A DNA stretch of 64,000 nucleotides from Octopus vulgaris (Eukaryota), in contig OX597829.1 in the NCBI GenBank assembly GCA_951406725.2, forward strand, positions 22,134,001-22,198,000, read 5' to 3'. The translations under genes were made by a program, and so were the position numbers. Below are positions 24,897-37,050 of the stretch, piece by piece. Below the pieces are notes generated by a model. The model saw only the letters and a program-made list of their open reading frames with translations. It was not told the DNA's origin and did no database searches. Within the stretch, counting starts at the first letter, position 1. Every line of letters begins with the position of its first letter.

Positions 24897-25105
24897 CCCT
24901 TTTGGTTGGCATCCAAACTAAAACTGCCACCAGTGCCATGAAACAAACTTCCACATTTAAAGTGGTCTAAATTAAAACCTTCTATTAAAAATTTCATGTT
25001 AATTTGTTTCAAACATCTGCTTAATTATTATTATTTTGCTAAATTCTTTATTATTTTCAAAACAAAGGCAGTGTATTTCGATAGAAACAGTAACTAAAGG
25101 GTTAA
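24893..25105. mobile_element. piggyBac-type MITE family 2 sharing a TTAA with the previous MITE
   Basis: TTAACCCTTTTGGTT...AACTAAAGGGTTAA; similar to 15218-15430. Confidence 0.8.
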
Positions 25106-25512
25106 GATTAGGGCTTGTAAAAACTGGAATAAATATATTTTTCTCTGATTTTTTAATTTTTTTAATTATATTGTTAAGTAGATTTTAATAATCTCATTCA
25201 TGTGCTAAAACAACAATGCATTTAAGTATAAAACATTATTTTTTATCTGAGTAGAGTAAATTAGGTTGAAGTAATTGCACAGTAATTTTATCTTTAAATT
25301 CTCTCTCTCTCTCTCTCACACATGCACACACACACATGCACATGAACTTACATATGCAAAATGTACAACACAAATTAAGACAAAAAATACAATCACCAAT
25401 TAATACAAATGTATACAAGCATACACACACACACACACACACACACATATGTTCATATTCATCCACACACACAGAAATACGCACGAACATGTATGGACAC
25501 ATGCAAAACTCG

Positions 25513-25545
<33 letters not shown>

Positions 25546-26029
25546 GTCCCTAGGTGCAGTGATTTTGTTTTCCAGTCTATGTATTTGGTTGATCGTTGAA
25601 TTAGTGGAGGTTACTGAGGATTGGTTATAGCTTTCACTGATGGTTGATGTGGAATGTTAGAGAGTAATGCCGGAACATACCTTTTTCCAAAGTCTCAGAA
25701 GAAACTTTGGAGACCATTTTCAATCATTTTGGGAGACACTTATACTACTGAAGACCTTTTAGATGGCAATACAATTTTCTGATATAAGAATTGTACAACT
25801 GGAATGTTAGACTGTCAGTGCTTAGTGTATCTCTGGTTTTGCTCAATTGTTTACAAAAGTTTACAGCAAGACCTTTGAGAAACTGCCATTTCATGTTTAT
25901 GATGGCATATTGTTCTTGACATTTCCAACATTACAAATATAAAGACATATTTTGCAGAGGCATTCATGGGAGAGAAGGTCTGTAACTTTATTTTATATAG
26001 TTAAAGAAGTGATTTTAAATTCTCAAACG

Positions 26030-26168
26030 CAGGATAATGCTAATAATATAGCCTGAACAGGATTAGCTACCCCTATTTTGCAGAAAAAATGTGTTGGCAG
26101 CCAGCTATGAGACTCGAGCTCACACCTCCATGATTACGTGTCGCGGTGCTCTGAACCATTAAGTTAAA
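26030..26168 (-). mobile_element. tRNA-like-headed short element (SINE or tRNA pseudogene)
   Basis: Minus strand TAACTTAATGGTTCAGAGCACCGCGACACGTAATCATGGAGGTGTGAGCTCGAGTCTCATAGCTGGC has a degenerate cloverleaf layout with A/B-box remnants. Confidence 0.5.
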
Positions 26169-26185
26169 CCATTTTATATATGTAA

Positions 26186-26460
26186 CGTGTGTCTAGTGGT
26201 TAGGGTGTTACACTCACAATTATGAGATTGTGATTTTGATTCCTGGACTGGACAATGCATTGTGTTCTTGAGCAAGACACTTCATTTCATGTTGCTCTGC
26301 AACCATTTCAACATCTGATGTATGGCATACTTATGCACCTGGAACAAATGAGCTTATGTGCAACACAAACATTTGATCACTACAAACAAATCATCTTTGT
26401 GGTTGTTTGGCAAGAAAATGTGAAACTCTCATCTGATCTGTTTAATGATAGCAGAGTCCA
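26186..26460 (+). mobile_element. SINE family D
   Basis: CTAGTGGTTAGGGTG...TTGATTCCTGGACTGG...GTGTTCTTGAGCAAGACACTTCA; homologous to 39841-40137. Confidence 0.75.
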
Positions 26461-26695
26461 TGATATATGTATTGATGTATATACATGTAGTAACTTCTTA
26501 TATGCTTGTAGTCACTTCTTATCCGAGAGAGTTGGAGGACTAGATTGTGCTCTGAAAAAATTTTTTGCTTAGGTTCCCCTTTTCCAAGATCAATCAGTGA
26601 TGTTACATTTTAGCTTGGCAATATCATTACTTTGTTGATCTTTTGGATGGTTTGGTGGCTCTATGTGAAATTTTGATGATCTTATCTGAGACAAT

Positions 26696-26741
26696 CATAC
26701 TACATGTTTCAGCCTTATGATAAAACCGATTGTCAAGTATA
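26696..26741 (-). ncRNA. Decayed minimal type I hammerhead motif
   Basis: Minus strand TATAC-TTGACAA-TC-GGTTTT/ATCAT/AAGGCT-GAAA-CATG-TA-GTATG. All three stems pair, but there are two core transitions relative to CTGACGA. Confidence 0.45.
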
Positions 26742-26799
26742 CAGCTGACACAATGAGAGCAAATAAGGAAATATTTGTTCTGCTGCCATATGACAGAAT

Positions 26800-27900
26800 G
26801 TTCTAAATGGTTCACTAAATGGATGCAACAAAATTTACTAAACATTCTCACATGTGCTACAATCATTAACTGCAAATCTACCAAAAATGTTTCTGTTACT
26901 TGTATCATCTTTATATTTCACTTTCCTGCAATGATTAGATCTTTATTGAAAGTCTTGTTAGCAACTTCCAGGAGATCTGTAGAAATAATCATTCACACTA
27001 TTATCACCATCCAAAGTTGGCACATAGACTATTATAATTGCTTTTAAGATTGCTTTTAGATGGATCCAAGCAAACTGAAACAGATATTGGCTCCCAGCAC
27101 AACAGTGATACATTAGCCGTGCCTCTTAGAGCAAAACCCATACTGTATTGTTAGGAATTCTAATCAATATCAGTAGTGGCTAATTAAAGATTGAATAGTT
27201 TCAAAGGATCGATGGTTAGATGTCTCCATTTCAAGAGACAAGTGACAACTACGTTACATTGATATCATGTATGCATGGGGAGAGTTTTTATTTCTAGAAT
27301 TGTTCAGTGTTCTTTCTACTGCAGCAGGTATAAAGGTAGCTTTCTCTATGTGCTAGTAGACCATCTTGCAAATATATGCCCTATACCACTTGGATGACAA
27401 GCATGTCAGTCTCCACAGATGCCAAAGCAGTAATTACATTCTGAAATGAGTGTGAATTCAGTGAAGTTTAACTGGAAATTTGATTTTTGTAGGCAGTCTC
27501 TCTAGCTGTATGTATACACACTTTGGGATATTATGATCCGGAACAATGCAAATTGTGAATGAATGTCAACATTTGCATTGGTAACAATGACCAAAGGAAG
27601 CACTACATGTCAGGGTATATTTGTCTTGGTTTTTTTTTAAACAAGATGGAGACTTAGTGTAGGATACATGCAGACTCAGAGGTTAACACCATTAGTAGCT
27701 GCCAGATTATGGAAGAAGATATGTACTGGGTATATTAACCTGCAGGTCCATCTACCATGATCTAGTAATCTGAGACATTGGCAGCAAGATCTATATATCA
27801 CAGGTGTTATATTGGAATACCCTTTTTAATGGATGACCTAACAAGGCTAATGAACCCAGAGTTGTCCTTTTCTTAGATAGGTTGCCAACCTATGCTAGCC
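26800..27900 (-). mobile_element. Heavily decayed RTE LINE 5' region (AP endonuclease)
   Basis: Minus strand near 26920-27030 reads VYVPTLDGDNSVNDYFY-(frameshift)-DLLEVANKTFNKDLIIAG, resembling the VYAPT...FY...IIxGDFN segment of RTE endonucleases. Boundaries are uncertain. Confidence 0.45.
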
Positions 27901-28521
27901 TACTCTTTTGGAATTTCTCAATAATCATTAAGTCTAAGCTGGCTACATTTATTCTTTTGGCAATTGTTTTCATCCTTTTGGGTTCTAGCAACTCTACTCG
28001 CTGAAGTGTTGATCTATTCACTGTATGTACTATGTATTTGTTTATGTATGTATTTCTGGATGTGTGTGTATCTCTGCATACATACCTGTGATGTCTATAT
28101 GCGTGCATGGATGTTGTGTATTTTTCTGGTTTTCTTTTTCAAATTTCTCACCAATAGAAAAGAAAATTAGTCACCAAACCAGAAACAAAGCTCTCACTAA
28201 AATTTACACGATAAACATAAAGTAGGAAGCTATGTAGGTATGTACTGGCACATGTGTGCATACATGTCATTGCATGTGTGAATGTGTGTGAAAAAGAGAG
28301 AGAGAGAGAGAGAGCATGTGAATCTGTGTTTTGAATTATGCATAAACATGTTTACATTTCTGTATGTGTATGTGCACGGTAATTTGTGTTTTGATTTATG
28401 TTTATATCGATGTTTACATGTCTACGCATGTATGTGTACTTAGCACAGGCTGAACTTATGAATATATTTACAGTTCTATTAATGCCTTATAGCACTCTAA
28501 TTAGATGTGGTTGTTTTGATG

Positions 28522-28704
28522 TTCTTTCTAGTTTTGTGAAGTCAAGTTTCTTAAGGTTGGTTGTGATGTAATTAGTTACATTAACAAGTGCCCTAATAAT
28601 ATAGGTACAATGACTTACGATATTCTTTCTGGTTTTGTGAAGACCAGTTTCCTAAGATCGGTAGTGAGGTAGTTAGTTACATAACCAAGTGGCCCAATAA
28701 TATA
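28522..28704. repeat. Diverged tandem duplication (~80 bp unit, ~100 bp period)
   Basis: TTCTAGTTTTGTGAAGTCAAGTTTCTTAAG...CCCTAATAATATA recurs as TTCTGGTTTTGTGAAGACCAGTTTCCTAAG...CCCAATAATATA. Confidence 0.8.
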
Positions 28705-28927
28705 AATCTGTTATAAATCTGAAATTATAATCCAAGTAGAGTCTCATTAGGTCACCATAGATGTTTTCTTTTTTCATTAAACTTGTTGACATCTGCAGGA
28801 CAACTAATTTCCTCGATTGTTTAAAACTTAGGCTCCTCATAGCCCAGGTTTTACTTACTGACCGATTTGGAAGATTGTTCAAAGTATTCACAGATCAAAA
28901 TGTGTGTGTGTGTGTGATATATTATGA

Positions 28928-29370
28928 CTGTGTGGTTTATGTGTTTGTTTCCTAGCCGTATGGTTTCAGGTTCTGTTCCACTGTGTGGCATTTTGGGCAA
29001 GTGTCTTCTACTATAGCCATGTGCTGACCAAAGTCTTGTGAGTGGATTTGGTGGATGGAAATTGAAAGAAACCCATTGTATATATAAGTATATGAGTGTG
29101 TGTGTATGTATATGTATGTGTAACTGTGTTTGTTTACATTTGTGCATCTCTGAAAATTGCTGAGTAGCAAATGGTGATGTTGTTATTTCCCATGTCAAGA
29201 AATGGTTTGCTGGCTTTGCATCTTCAAAAATGTTGGAATAAGAGATCACTTAGTTGAAAAAACAAGTAAGAGTTGGTGACAGGAAATGCATCTACCTGTA
29301 AAAAAAAAAACATACCTTAATATATTCATCTAAACTGTGCTAGATTGGAGAAAAATGGACATAAAATGAA
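28928..29370 (+). mobile_element. SINE family A variant with RTE-type 3' end
   Basis: Family A head and microsatellite, then a different body ending GTTGGTGACAGGAAATGCATC...GGACATAAAATG. Confidence 0.7.
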
Positions 29371-29860
29371 TGTGTATGTGTGTGTTTGATACTATGGATG
29401 CAATATGAAAAAATCTGATTTTTAGTTAGTATGTATAAGTAAACTCGGGCACAAATATACACAGATGCACACTCGCATGTCCCTATATATTTGTCATCAA
29501 AATTTATGGCTTCTTCCATGCTGCCAAATGCTGGATAAGTGTCATGGCATGTGGCAGTTCTTACTAAGAGATATTGCCCTCTTAAATAAATTGGAGGATC
29601 ATGTCATGATCTTTTGGCAGGATTTCTACAACTCAGCAGCCTCTCTCAGTAACTACATGTACATACAAACACATATGAACTTGTATGTCATCATCATCAT
29701 CATCATCGCTTAATGTCCGTTTTCTATGCTGGCATAGGTTGGACGGTTTGACTGAGGTCTGGCAAGCCAGCTGGCTGCACCAAGCTCCCCATATATACAG
29801 TAATGTTTTGCTTAGTATTGATTGCCTATAGTACTAAATTTTTCTTGGAGACAGTATATT

Positions 29861-30093
29861 TATTTCTTTATTGCCCAATGGGGGCTAGACATAGAGGGGA
29901 CAATCAAAGACATACAAAGGGATTAAGTCGATTTCATCAACCCCAGTGCAAAACTGGTACTTATTTAATCGACACCGAAAAGATGAAAGGCATAGTCGAC
30001 CTCAGCAGAATTTGAATGCAAAACGTAATGGCAAACGAAATACCGCCTACATTTTGCCCAGTGTGCTAACGATTCTGCCAGCTCACCACCCTA
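29861..30093 (-). mobile_element. tRNA-derived SINE family B with 15-bp TSD
   Basis: Minus strand GGTGGTGAGCTGGCAGAATCGTTAGC...TTCAAATTC; TSD TGGAGACA(G/A)TATATT at 29846-29860 and 30094-30108. Confidence 0.88.
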
Positions 30094-30691
30094 TGGAGAC
30101 AATATATTATTACAATAACTTGTGGGAATATGGAAATATTATGTTTTATTAATGTCCGTATTTCTGTTTCAATGCACCAATTGATACATCTTCATAACAC
30201 TATTTTATAATGTTAAAGAACTATTACGATAAATGAGTGAAACAACCACCAGATCTTCTCTGATGATGTCTTAGAGCATTTCTCAAATTAAACATCTATT
30301 CTTAAATCAGGTTTTCTCAGCATACTTGGTATTCTTTTTTGAAGTTTTACCCCCAATATTCTGTTTGCTATTCTTACTTAGTTCGTGTTACTTCATTGCA
30401 TTTCTGTCTCTCAAAGTTGTATCATAACAATTAGCTCATTGTTTTGCCATCCATGTTTTTTGTTGGTATTTATCTACTGACTTTCTCTTTGATACTGTAG
30501 ACATCTTACTTGTTCATGTTCTGTTATGCTGAGCTTTCTTGGTCATTGATTGTGTCTTAAACTGTCTCATTTTCAGTTTTTTTGCTCCCATCCTCTATCA
30601 CCTCATTCTTTCCCTGCTGTTTCACATCTTTAATTTCATTCCTTGGTAAAGTTTGTTTAAATGTGAAGTTAGAATAAAATTTGCAATAATA

Positions 30692-31103
30692 GGCATAGGA
30701 GTGGCTGTGTGGTAAGTAACTTGCTTACGAACTACGTGGTTCTGGGTTCAGTCCCACTGCGTGGGACCTTGGGCAAGTGTCTTCTACTATAGCCTCGGGC
30801 CAACCAAAGTCTTGTGAGTGGATTTGGTAGACAGAAACTGAAAGAAGCCCATCTTATATATGTATATTTATATATATATGTATGTGTGTGTATATGTTTG
30901 CGTGTCTGTGTTTGTCCCCCCAACATCGCTTGACAACTGATGCTGGTATGTTTACGTCCCTGTAACTTAGCGGTTCAGCAAAATACACCGATAGAATAAG
31001 TACTAGGCTTACAAAGAATAAGTCCTGGGGTCAATTTGCTCGACTAAAGGTGGTGCTTTAGCATGGCCACAGTCACATGACTGAAACAAGTAGAGTAAGA
31101 GAG
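30692..31103 (+). mobile_element. SINE family A, full length
   Basis: Full head, microsatellite and tail as at 19732. Confidence 0.9.
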
Positions 31104-31335
31104 TAATAATGTTAAAAGATAAAAGATAAAGACAGATTATTACTGTCTCTCACTGTCTATCCTATAACATTGAAAGTGAATGACAAAGTATTTTTCTCTG
31201 CAAAAAAATGTTTTCTTAGAAAGTATTTCCCAAGAAAATGAAATTCTGAAGAAACACACAAAGCCATGAGTTATACTCATGGATAGGTATCAGCATAGCT
31301 GTGTAGTAAGCTTGCTTCCCCACTGCATACTTCCA

Positions 31336-31605
31336 GCTGCATACATATGCCCATGAGCATATGGCGTAGTGGTTAAGAGCGCATGCTACTAACCCCAAGA
31401 TTCTGAGTTCAATTCCAAGCAGTGACATGAACAACAACAATAATAATAATAATAACATCGAAAAATATCTTAGGAATGAGAATCCAGGTTCGAAATTTCC
31501 CCAAGACACCTGATGAAGGCTGGAGGGTATATCAGCCGAAATGTTGTGTTAACAACAAACAAGATGAGGAGAAATATCCATCAAATGTAAATAATGTAAA
31601 TAATG
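31336..31605 (+). mobile_element. tRNA-headed element carrying a hammerhead motif, with 12-bp TSD
   Basis: A box TGGCGTAGTGG (31362), B box GAGTTCAATTCC (31405), (AAC/AAT)n linker, hammerhead, (AATGTAAAT)n end; TSD TGCATACTTCCA at 31324-31335 and 31606-31617. Confidence 0.85.
31505..31550 (+). ncRNA. Minimal type I hammerhead motif
   Basis: GACAC-CTGATGA-A-GGCTG/10 nt/CAGCC-GAAA-TG-TT-GTGTT. Stem I 5 bp, stem II 5 bp, vestigial stem III (ATGT, one CpG-type change from palindromic ACGT). Confidence 0.7.
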
Positions 31606-32356
31606 TGCATACTTCCAAGTTTAGTCCCACTGTTGGCACTTTGAGCAAGTGTCTTCTGCAATAGCCCCTTGCTGACCAAGACCTTATGAATAAGTAGATT
31701 TGGTAGATGGAAACTAAAAGAAGCTTGTCATATGTGTGTGTGTGTGTATCTGTCTGTCTGAGATTCTGTCTCCTTGTTTTGAAATCACATAATAGTTGTA
31801 AGCAGGTGTCACTCTCATGCAAGTGGTGTCCTTCATTTCTAACATTCCATGAAAGCATACCTGGTCATGGGGAAATATTAGCTCACTTGGAAACAGGGGA
31901 GGACTGGCAACAAGAAGGTCATTTGGCTGTACAAAACTCACCTCAGCAAATTCCATCTGACCCATGCAAGCATGGAAACATGGATGATGTGAAAATGATG
32001 ATAATGATGGTGATCATGATGATGATACTCATACATACTTCTCCATACATCCAAATTGTTCACACATTTGTTTATCCATTACAAGTGGAAAAATGGCTGC
32101 AACCATAAATCCTGAAAATTCATTTAAGGTGCTATGGAAAACCTCATATTGGGATGTAAAATTGCAGTTGTTGAGGTGATTGGAAGTTGATGAACATCAA
32201 GTGCATATAGATGAGTCTATAAACTTGGCCATATCAATATCAGTGGGCAAAATATGTGTCTGCCATGATAACCTCATTGTTATCATCAGACAAGGTGACT
32301 CATTGAAGTAACTGAACTATCAACAGTGTGTGTGTGCGTGTGTGTGTGATAATTGT

Positions 32357-32550
32357 CATCGTTTAATATCCACCTTCCATGCTGGCATGGGTTGGACTGG
32401 TTGACTGGAGCCAGCCAGGTAGAAGACCATTGTGTCTATTTTGGCAGGGTTTTTGCAGCTGGATGCCCTTCTTAACACTAACCACCCTGCAGAGTGGACT
32501 GAATGCTTTTTATGTGGCACCAATACAGGCGAGGTCTGTTTTGGCATGGA
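32357..32550 (-). mobile_element. Family C copy
   Basis: TCATCGTTTAATATCCACCTTCCATGCTGGCATGGG tail and CAGCTGGATGCCCTTC block. Confidence 0.75.
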
Positions 32551-32872
32551 TTTTATTGCTGAATACCCTTTCAGAGGTCAGCCACTTCACAGTGTGGACT
32601 GGATGCTTTTCAAGTGTACAATAGTACAACAGAATTTACAGAGAAAGTGGGTCAGATACATGGAGGGTAACTCGATCATGAACAGCTGTAGCGGCATATA
32701 TAACTTAAGGTTTAACCATGTGGAAACACATGTCTGACAGACTGATGACGCTATACAAAACCCTCCTCAATATCTTTGTAAACACTTAATCTATAAAATG
32801 ATATCTTACCTTAGACAACTTTGTTGAAGAACTTGTTTAAAATAAATGTACTCAGCTCTGTCTAAACTACAT

Positions 32873-33112
32873 TTAACCCTTTAGCATTCAGATTATTCTG
32901 TCAAATGTAATGCTTATTTATTCAATCAAGCATTATCTTGTATGTTTTCAATCAAGCATTATCTTGTAACTTTGAGATTTTGATGATGGGATTGTTTATT
33001 TTTAGAATGACTTTGCGGGGTAGGTGTGAGAGGCCTGATCTGGTAAGTTTGAACACAAAACAGGTAGAATATTTGGGCTGGATATGGCTGGTTTAAATGC
33101 TGAAGTGGTTAA
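32873..33112. mobile_element. piggyBac-type MITE family 1
   Basis: TTAACCCTTTAGCATT...AATGCTGAAGTGGTTAA; contains a short internal duplication (TTCAATCAAGCATTATCTTGTA x2). Confidence 0.88.
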
Positions 33113-33902
33113 AATAGTGTTTTGACAGTGATTTGGGGACTATCTGCACAGGAAAGAATAGGCCAAATGTGAAATTTCTACATATTATTCACCCAACCTG
33201 CCAGAAACAGTAACTAATTTCCCTCATCTCACCCTAACACCTTAGAAAGGGAAGGATAGTTATAATACAGGTCTATAAAACAAAATATCCTGGTTATGAA
33301 ATACCACTTCCTCTTGTAACTTTTTAAACTTCCTATTTTTGTGGTAAAACTTCCTTAGATTTCTATATTTGAAACAATGTAGTATGTTCACTCTCGGACA
33401 TATGTGTGTGCCATGTGCGCGTGCGTGCGTGTGTGTTTGCTTTGGTGTAGTTTCTCTGTAGTTTTTTTTTTTTTTCATGGTACCAGCACTATAAAAGCCA
33501 TTATGCAGCTCACAAGACTATGAACCCCAAGAGAGGCTTCTTTATGCTAGGAAATGAGTTAAAGTACAAGAGAAGAAGAGACCAGAGAAGAAACGGGGTG
33601 GGGGTGGGGTTCTAGCTGTAGGAGAGCTGCATGGTTATTCATACTTTAGAAGATGTTGGAGATGGGGTGTGGGGACTGAGGTGCAGCAGGAAAGAGATAA
33701 AAATAGCTGTGATAAAGAATAGTTGTCATGAGGTGTGTGGGTGGACCCTCAAGAAGATATCAGGTGAGTAAGAAATGAGTGGAGACAGGAAACAGGAGTG
33801 TAGGCGGGTAAAGGTTGTAAGGGTATTGGGGAAGGAGAGGGACAGACATATATAATACATACACACATATGTGTATTATACATACTCTAACCCCACTCTA
33901 AG

Positions 33903-33942
<40 letters not shown>

Positions 33943-35827
33943 TATATAATACACACACACACACACACATTAATTCCTCTGTGCCACTTTACTTACATTC
34001 ACTTCTCTCTAAAATGTGTCAGAGGGTACACTCTGACACATTTTCACCATCATCTCCACCCCCTCTTTCTCTCTACTCTCTCTTTTCCAATTGAGGTAGG
34101 CATGTACCTTCTATATAGCAAAACACCTGTTTCTGTCCCTCTGTTATTCTTTAACCTTTCATCACCTGGCTCAAAGCTACCTCCCTCAGATCTACACACC
34201 CTCAGATGAGGGGCTCTTGTCTTGTAAGTTACTTGCTGATGTTATTGGTTCCAGTACCTTATAAAAGGTACCCAGTCAGTACACTCTGTAAAATGATGGG
34301 CATCAGGAAGGGATTCTAGCCATAGAAACCATGACATAATAAACACTGGAACTTAGCACAATCCTCTATCTTGCTGGCTCCTGTCAATGTTCAGCTCATG
34401 CCAGCATGGAAAATGGAGGTTGAATAGTGGTGGTGAATATATATATTATTTATTTTTAGTCATTCAAAAAATATCATAAGATTTATTTTTTCAAAAAATG
34501 TGTTTAGATTTCTATATTAATGTAGTATGATATGTGTGAGATCTTCAGAACCAATTTGTGTTTGTTTACCATACCGGAACGGATCAGATGGGTGTTACAT
34601 CTCATTGTACCTTTGTGAACCTTGATGTCTGGCACATCCAGCAGCAGATAACTGGATAACTGGCTATATTTATTATTTTGTGAGTCATGTATTTTTCTTT
34701 GCCATGTTTTTTTATGTCCCAGCATGGACTGGTTGCATTTTTGCTCATTATGCTACCTGTGCTGACTGGTTATCTGTGGTTGGACTGAAGAGTTCTGTCT
34801 TGCTTGTACTTCTCATTTTACTGCTATTTGTATTCAGAGAACTGTTGAGAGAGAGAGAGAGGATATGGAAAAGGTGTTTTGGATCTCTGGCCAATTGCCA
34901 GAACTTCAGATGTGATTATATACAAGGTAGTAGTTATCGGTTTAAGCACTCGTAAACTCTACAAATATTTTACTAAAGAATTAGGTAGTTTTCATTACTT
35001 AGGTGGCCTAATTAATGTCAGAGTTTGTTGAAATGAAACTGTAGTTGCTGCAGTAACAAAAGGTGGTAGAATTTCAGGGTTTTTCTTTTTAATCACTGTA
35101 GGCAACAAATTGTTTCTCTCGCTCTCTCCATGTGAATGGACAGCTTATGGGACACAATACAGGAGGGCTATTTGACATGGCATCCTTTTCTTATCACCTC
35201 TGCCTTCAGATCAGACCATTGGTTCCTTTCTATGCTGGTTTATGATTTTCATTTACAGAAACTGATCTGTAGGTATGCAGGTTGTGTTGGTTTCTTGCAT
35301 CTCACCTGTCTGGGACTGTGTGAAAATCTCATGGGCTGTAACCAGCTCCTACATGAAAGTATAGAAAAAATGTATATGGAGAGAGAGAGGGAGGAGTCTA
35401 TGTGTGTGTCCAGTCACACTGCATGGCACTTTGAGCAAGTATCTTCTACAATAGCCCAAAGCTGGCCAAAGCTTTATAAGTAAATAGATTTGATAGATGG
35501 AAACTAAAAGAAGCTTGTCATGTGTGTGTGTACAGACAGTACAGTATTGGAAGAAATTAAAAGCTGATCAAAATAGGATAAAAGAAGGTCAACAAAAGGG
35601 GGAAACAATTTATAGTTAAACACTGAAGAAAAAAAACAAATGTTTTACATAAGGAAAAAAATATAAATAGAAGGGAAATATATAAAGATTAAAAAAATAA
35701 TAAAGAAGCACAAGTGAAGAGTTTGTGTGGTTTACAACATGACTACAAGTGTTTGTCACAGGTGCCAGGTATGGACAGTGAAAGCAGAGAAAGGTGTTAT
35801 TTTTAAAAATATGTGTATATAAATGCA

Positions 35828-36223
35828 TTCCTTTCCTTCTTGGGACACAAAACTCCACTTGTGAAGACCTGTTGAGGCAAGTGAAGATCAAAATCAAAAT
35901 CGTAATCTATCAACATCAATGGAATTTGTAGCTGTGATGCCAGTGCCGGTGGCACGTAAGAGAACCACCCGAACGTGGCCGTAGCCAGCGCTGGTGGCAC
36001 ATAAAAAGCACCATCCGACCGTGGCCGTTGCCAGCTTCGTCTGGTCCCCGTGCCAGTGGCACTTAAAAAGCACCATCCGATCGTTGGCGTTAGGAAGGGC
36101 ATCCAGCTGTAGAAACACTGCCAGATCAGACTGGGCCTGGTGCAGGGCTTCCCAGACCCCAGTTGAACCGTCCAACCCATGCCAGCATGGAAAGCTGACG
36201 TTAAATGATGATGATGATGATGA
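35828..36223 (+). mobile_element. Family C long copy
   Basis: Reverse-complement homolog of 38489-39070, with internal GTGGCAC...AAAAGCACCATCCGA repeats and a (GAT)n tail. Confidence 0.88.
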
Positions 36224-36783
36224 TAAAGAGAGAGAGAAGTGTGTATGGATTGATATTCACACTCAGTGAGTCTGTTCATCACTCACTACATTCCCCTCAA
36301 CCCTCCTATCTAACCATCTCTTACTGTCCCCTCCAGATCCACTGTTGGTACCATCTGTTGCATCCTGAGTGTTTTGTTCAGGCCACTCATCATTACCATC
36401 TTACCATTTTTCTCCCCACGTACACACACACACACACACACACACACCCATCCTTACATAAAAGCAGAGTAACCATGTATCTTCTCCATTGTATGATACC
36501 TCTGCTTATCATTGTCTTTGAATCTCCTCTTTCTATCCTCTCAAATATTCCCCCACTTAGCCAAGGATGTTTTCCCTTTTTCCTTCTTTATCCTTTTTAT
36601 TGTGCTTTCCTGTCTTGCATGTTACTTGGTAAATATTGTGCCCAATGGTAAAAAAAACAAAAAAAACATGCAGTATACACTGTAAAAGGGTTGGCATCAA
36701 GAAGGACATCAAGCTAGAGAAATCATGCCAAAGCAGACATTGGAGTGCATTGCAGCCCTGTGTCTCACAAACTATTATACTAT

Positions 36784-36828
<45 letters not shown>

Positions 36829-36829
36829 C

Positions 36830-37050
36830 ATTAAAGCACAGGACCTGACACCAGTCCTGCTTCTGTTTAGATCAAAGATTTGAGCAAAGTCAACTCCAAC
36901 ATCAGGACTAACTTTGCAAACATGGAGGCATGCTGGAAAAATGTTGCTCCTCAAAATGGAAACCTCACCTGTCATTGTGGTTTTGTAGCAAAAAGCAAAG
37001 TAGGCCTCAAGAAAACACACAAACACTCAATCAAACTGAGTTATAGACTT
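36830..37050 (+). mobile_element. Possible RTE/BovB-like LINE C-terminal remnant
   Basis: Plus strand reads LTCHCGFVAKSKVGLKKTHKH, resembling the terminal CxxC...SRIGLxxH zinc-finger motif of RTE ORFs. Confidence 0.4.

Larger units (their letters stand above)
31271..32025 (+). mobile_element. SINE family A variant (RTE-type tail) interrupted by a nested element
   Basis: Head at 31271-31335 resumes at 31618 (AGTTTAGTCCCACTG) and ends CCCATGCAAGCATGGAAA...(ATG)n. Confidence 0.8.

Noticed and set aside
25236-25630. ORFs rich in CV/HT/YI dipeptides here and throughout the window
   Set aside because: They are translations of (CA)n, (TG)n and (TA)n microsatellites.
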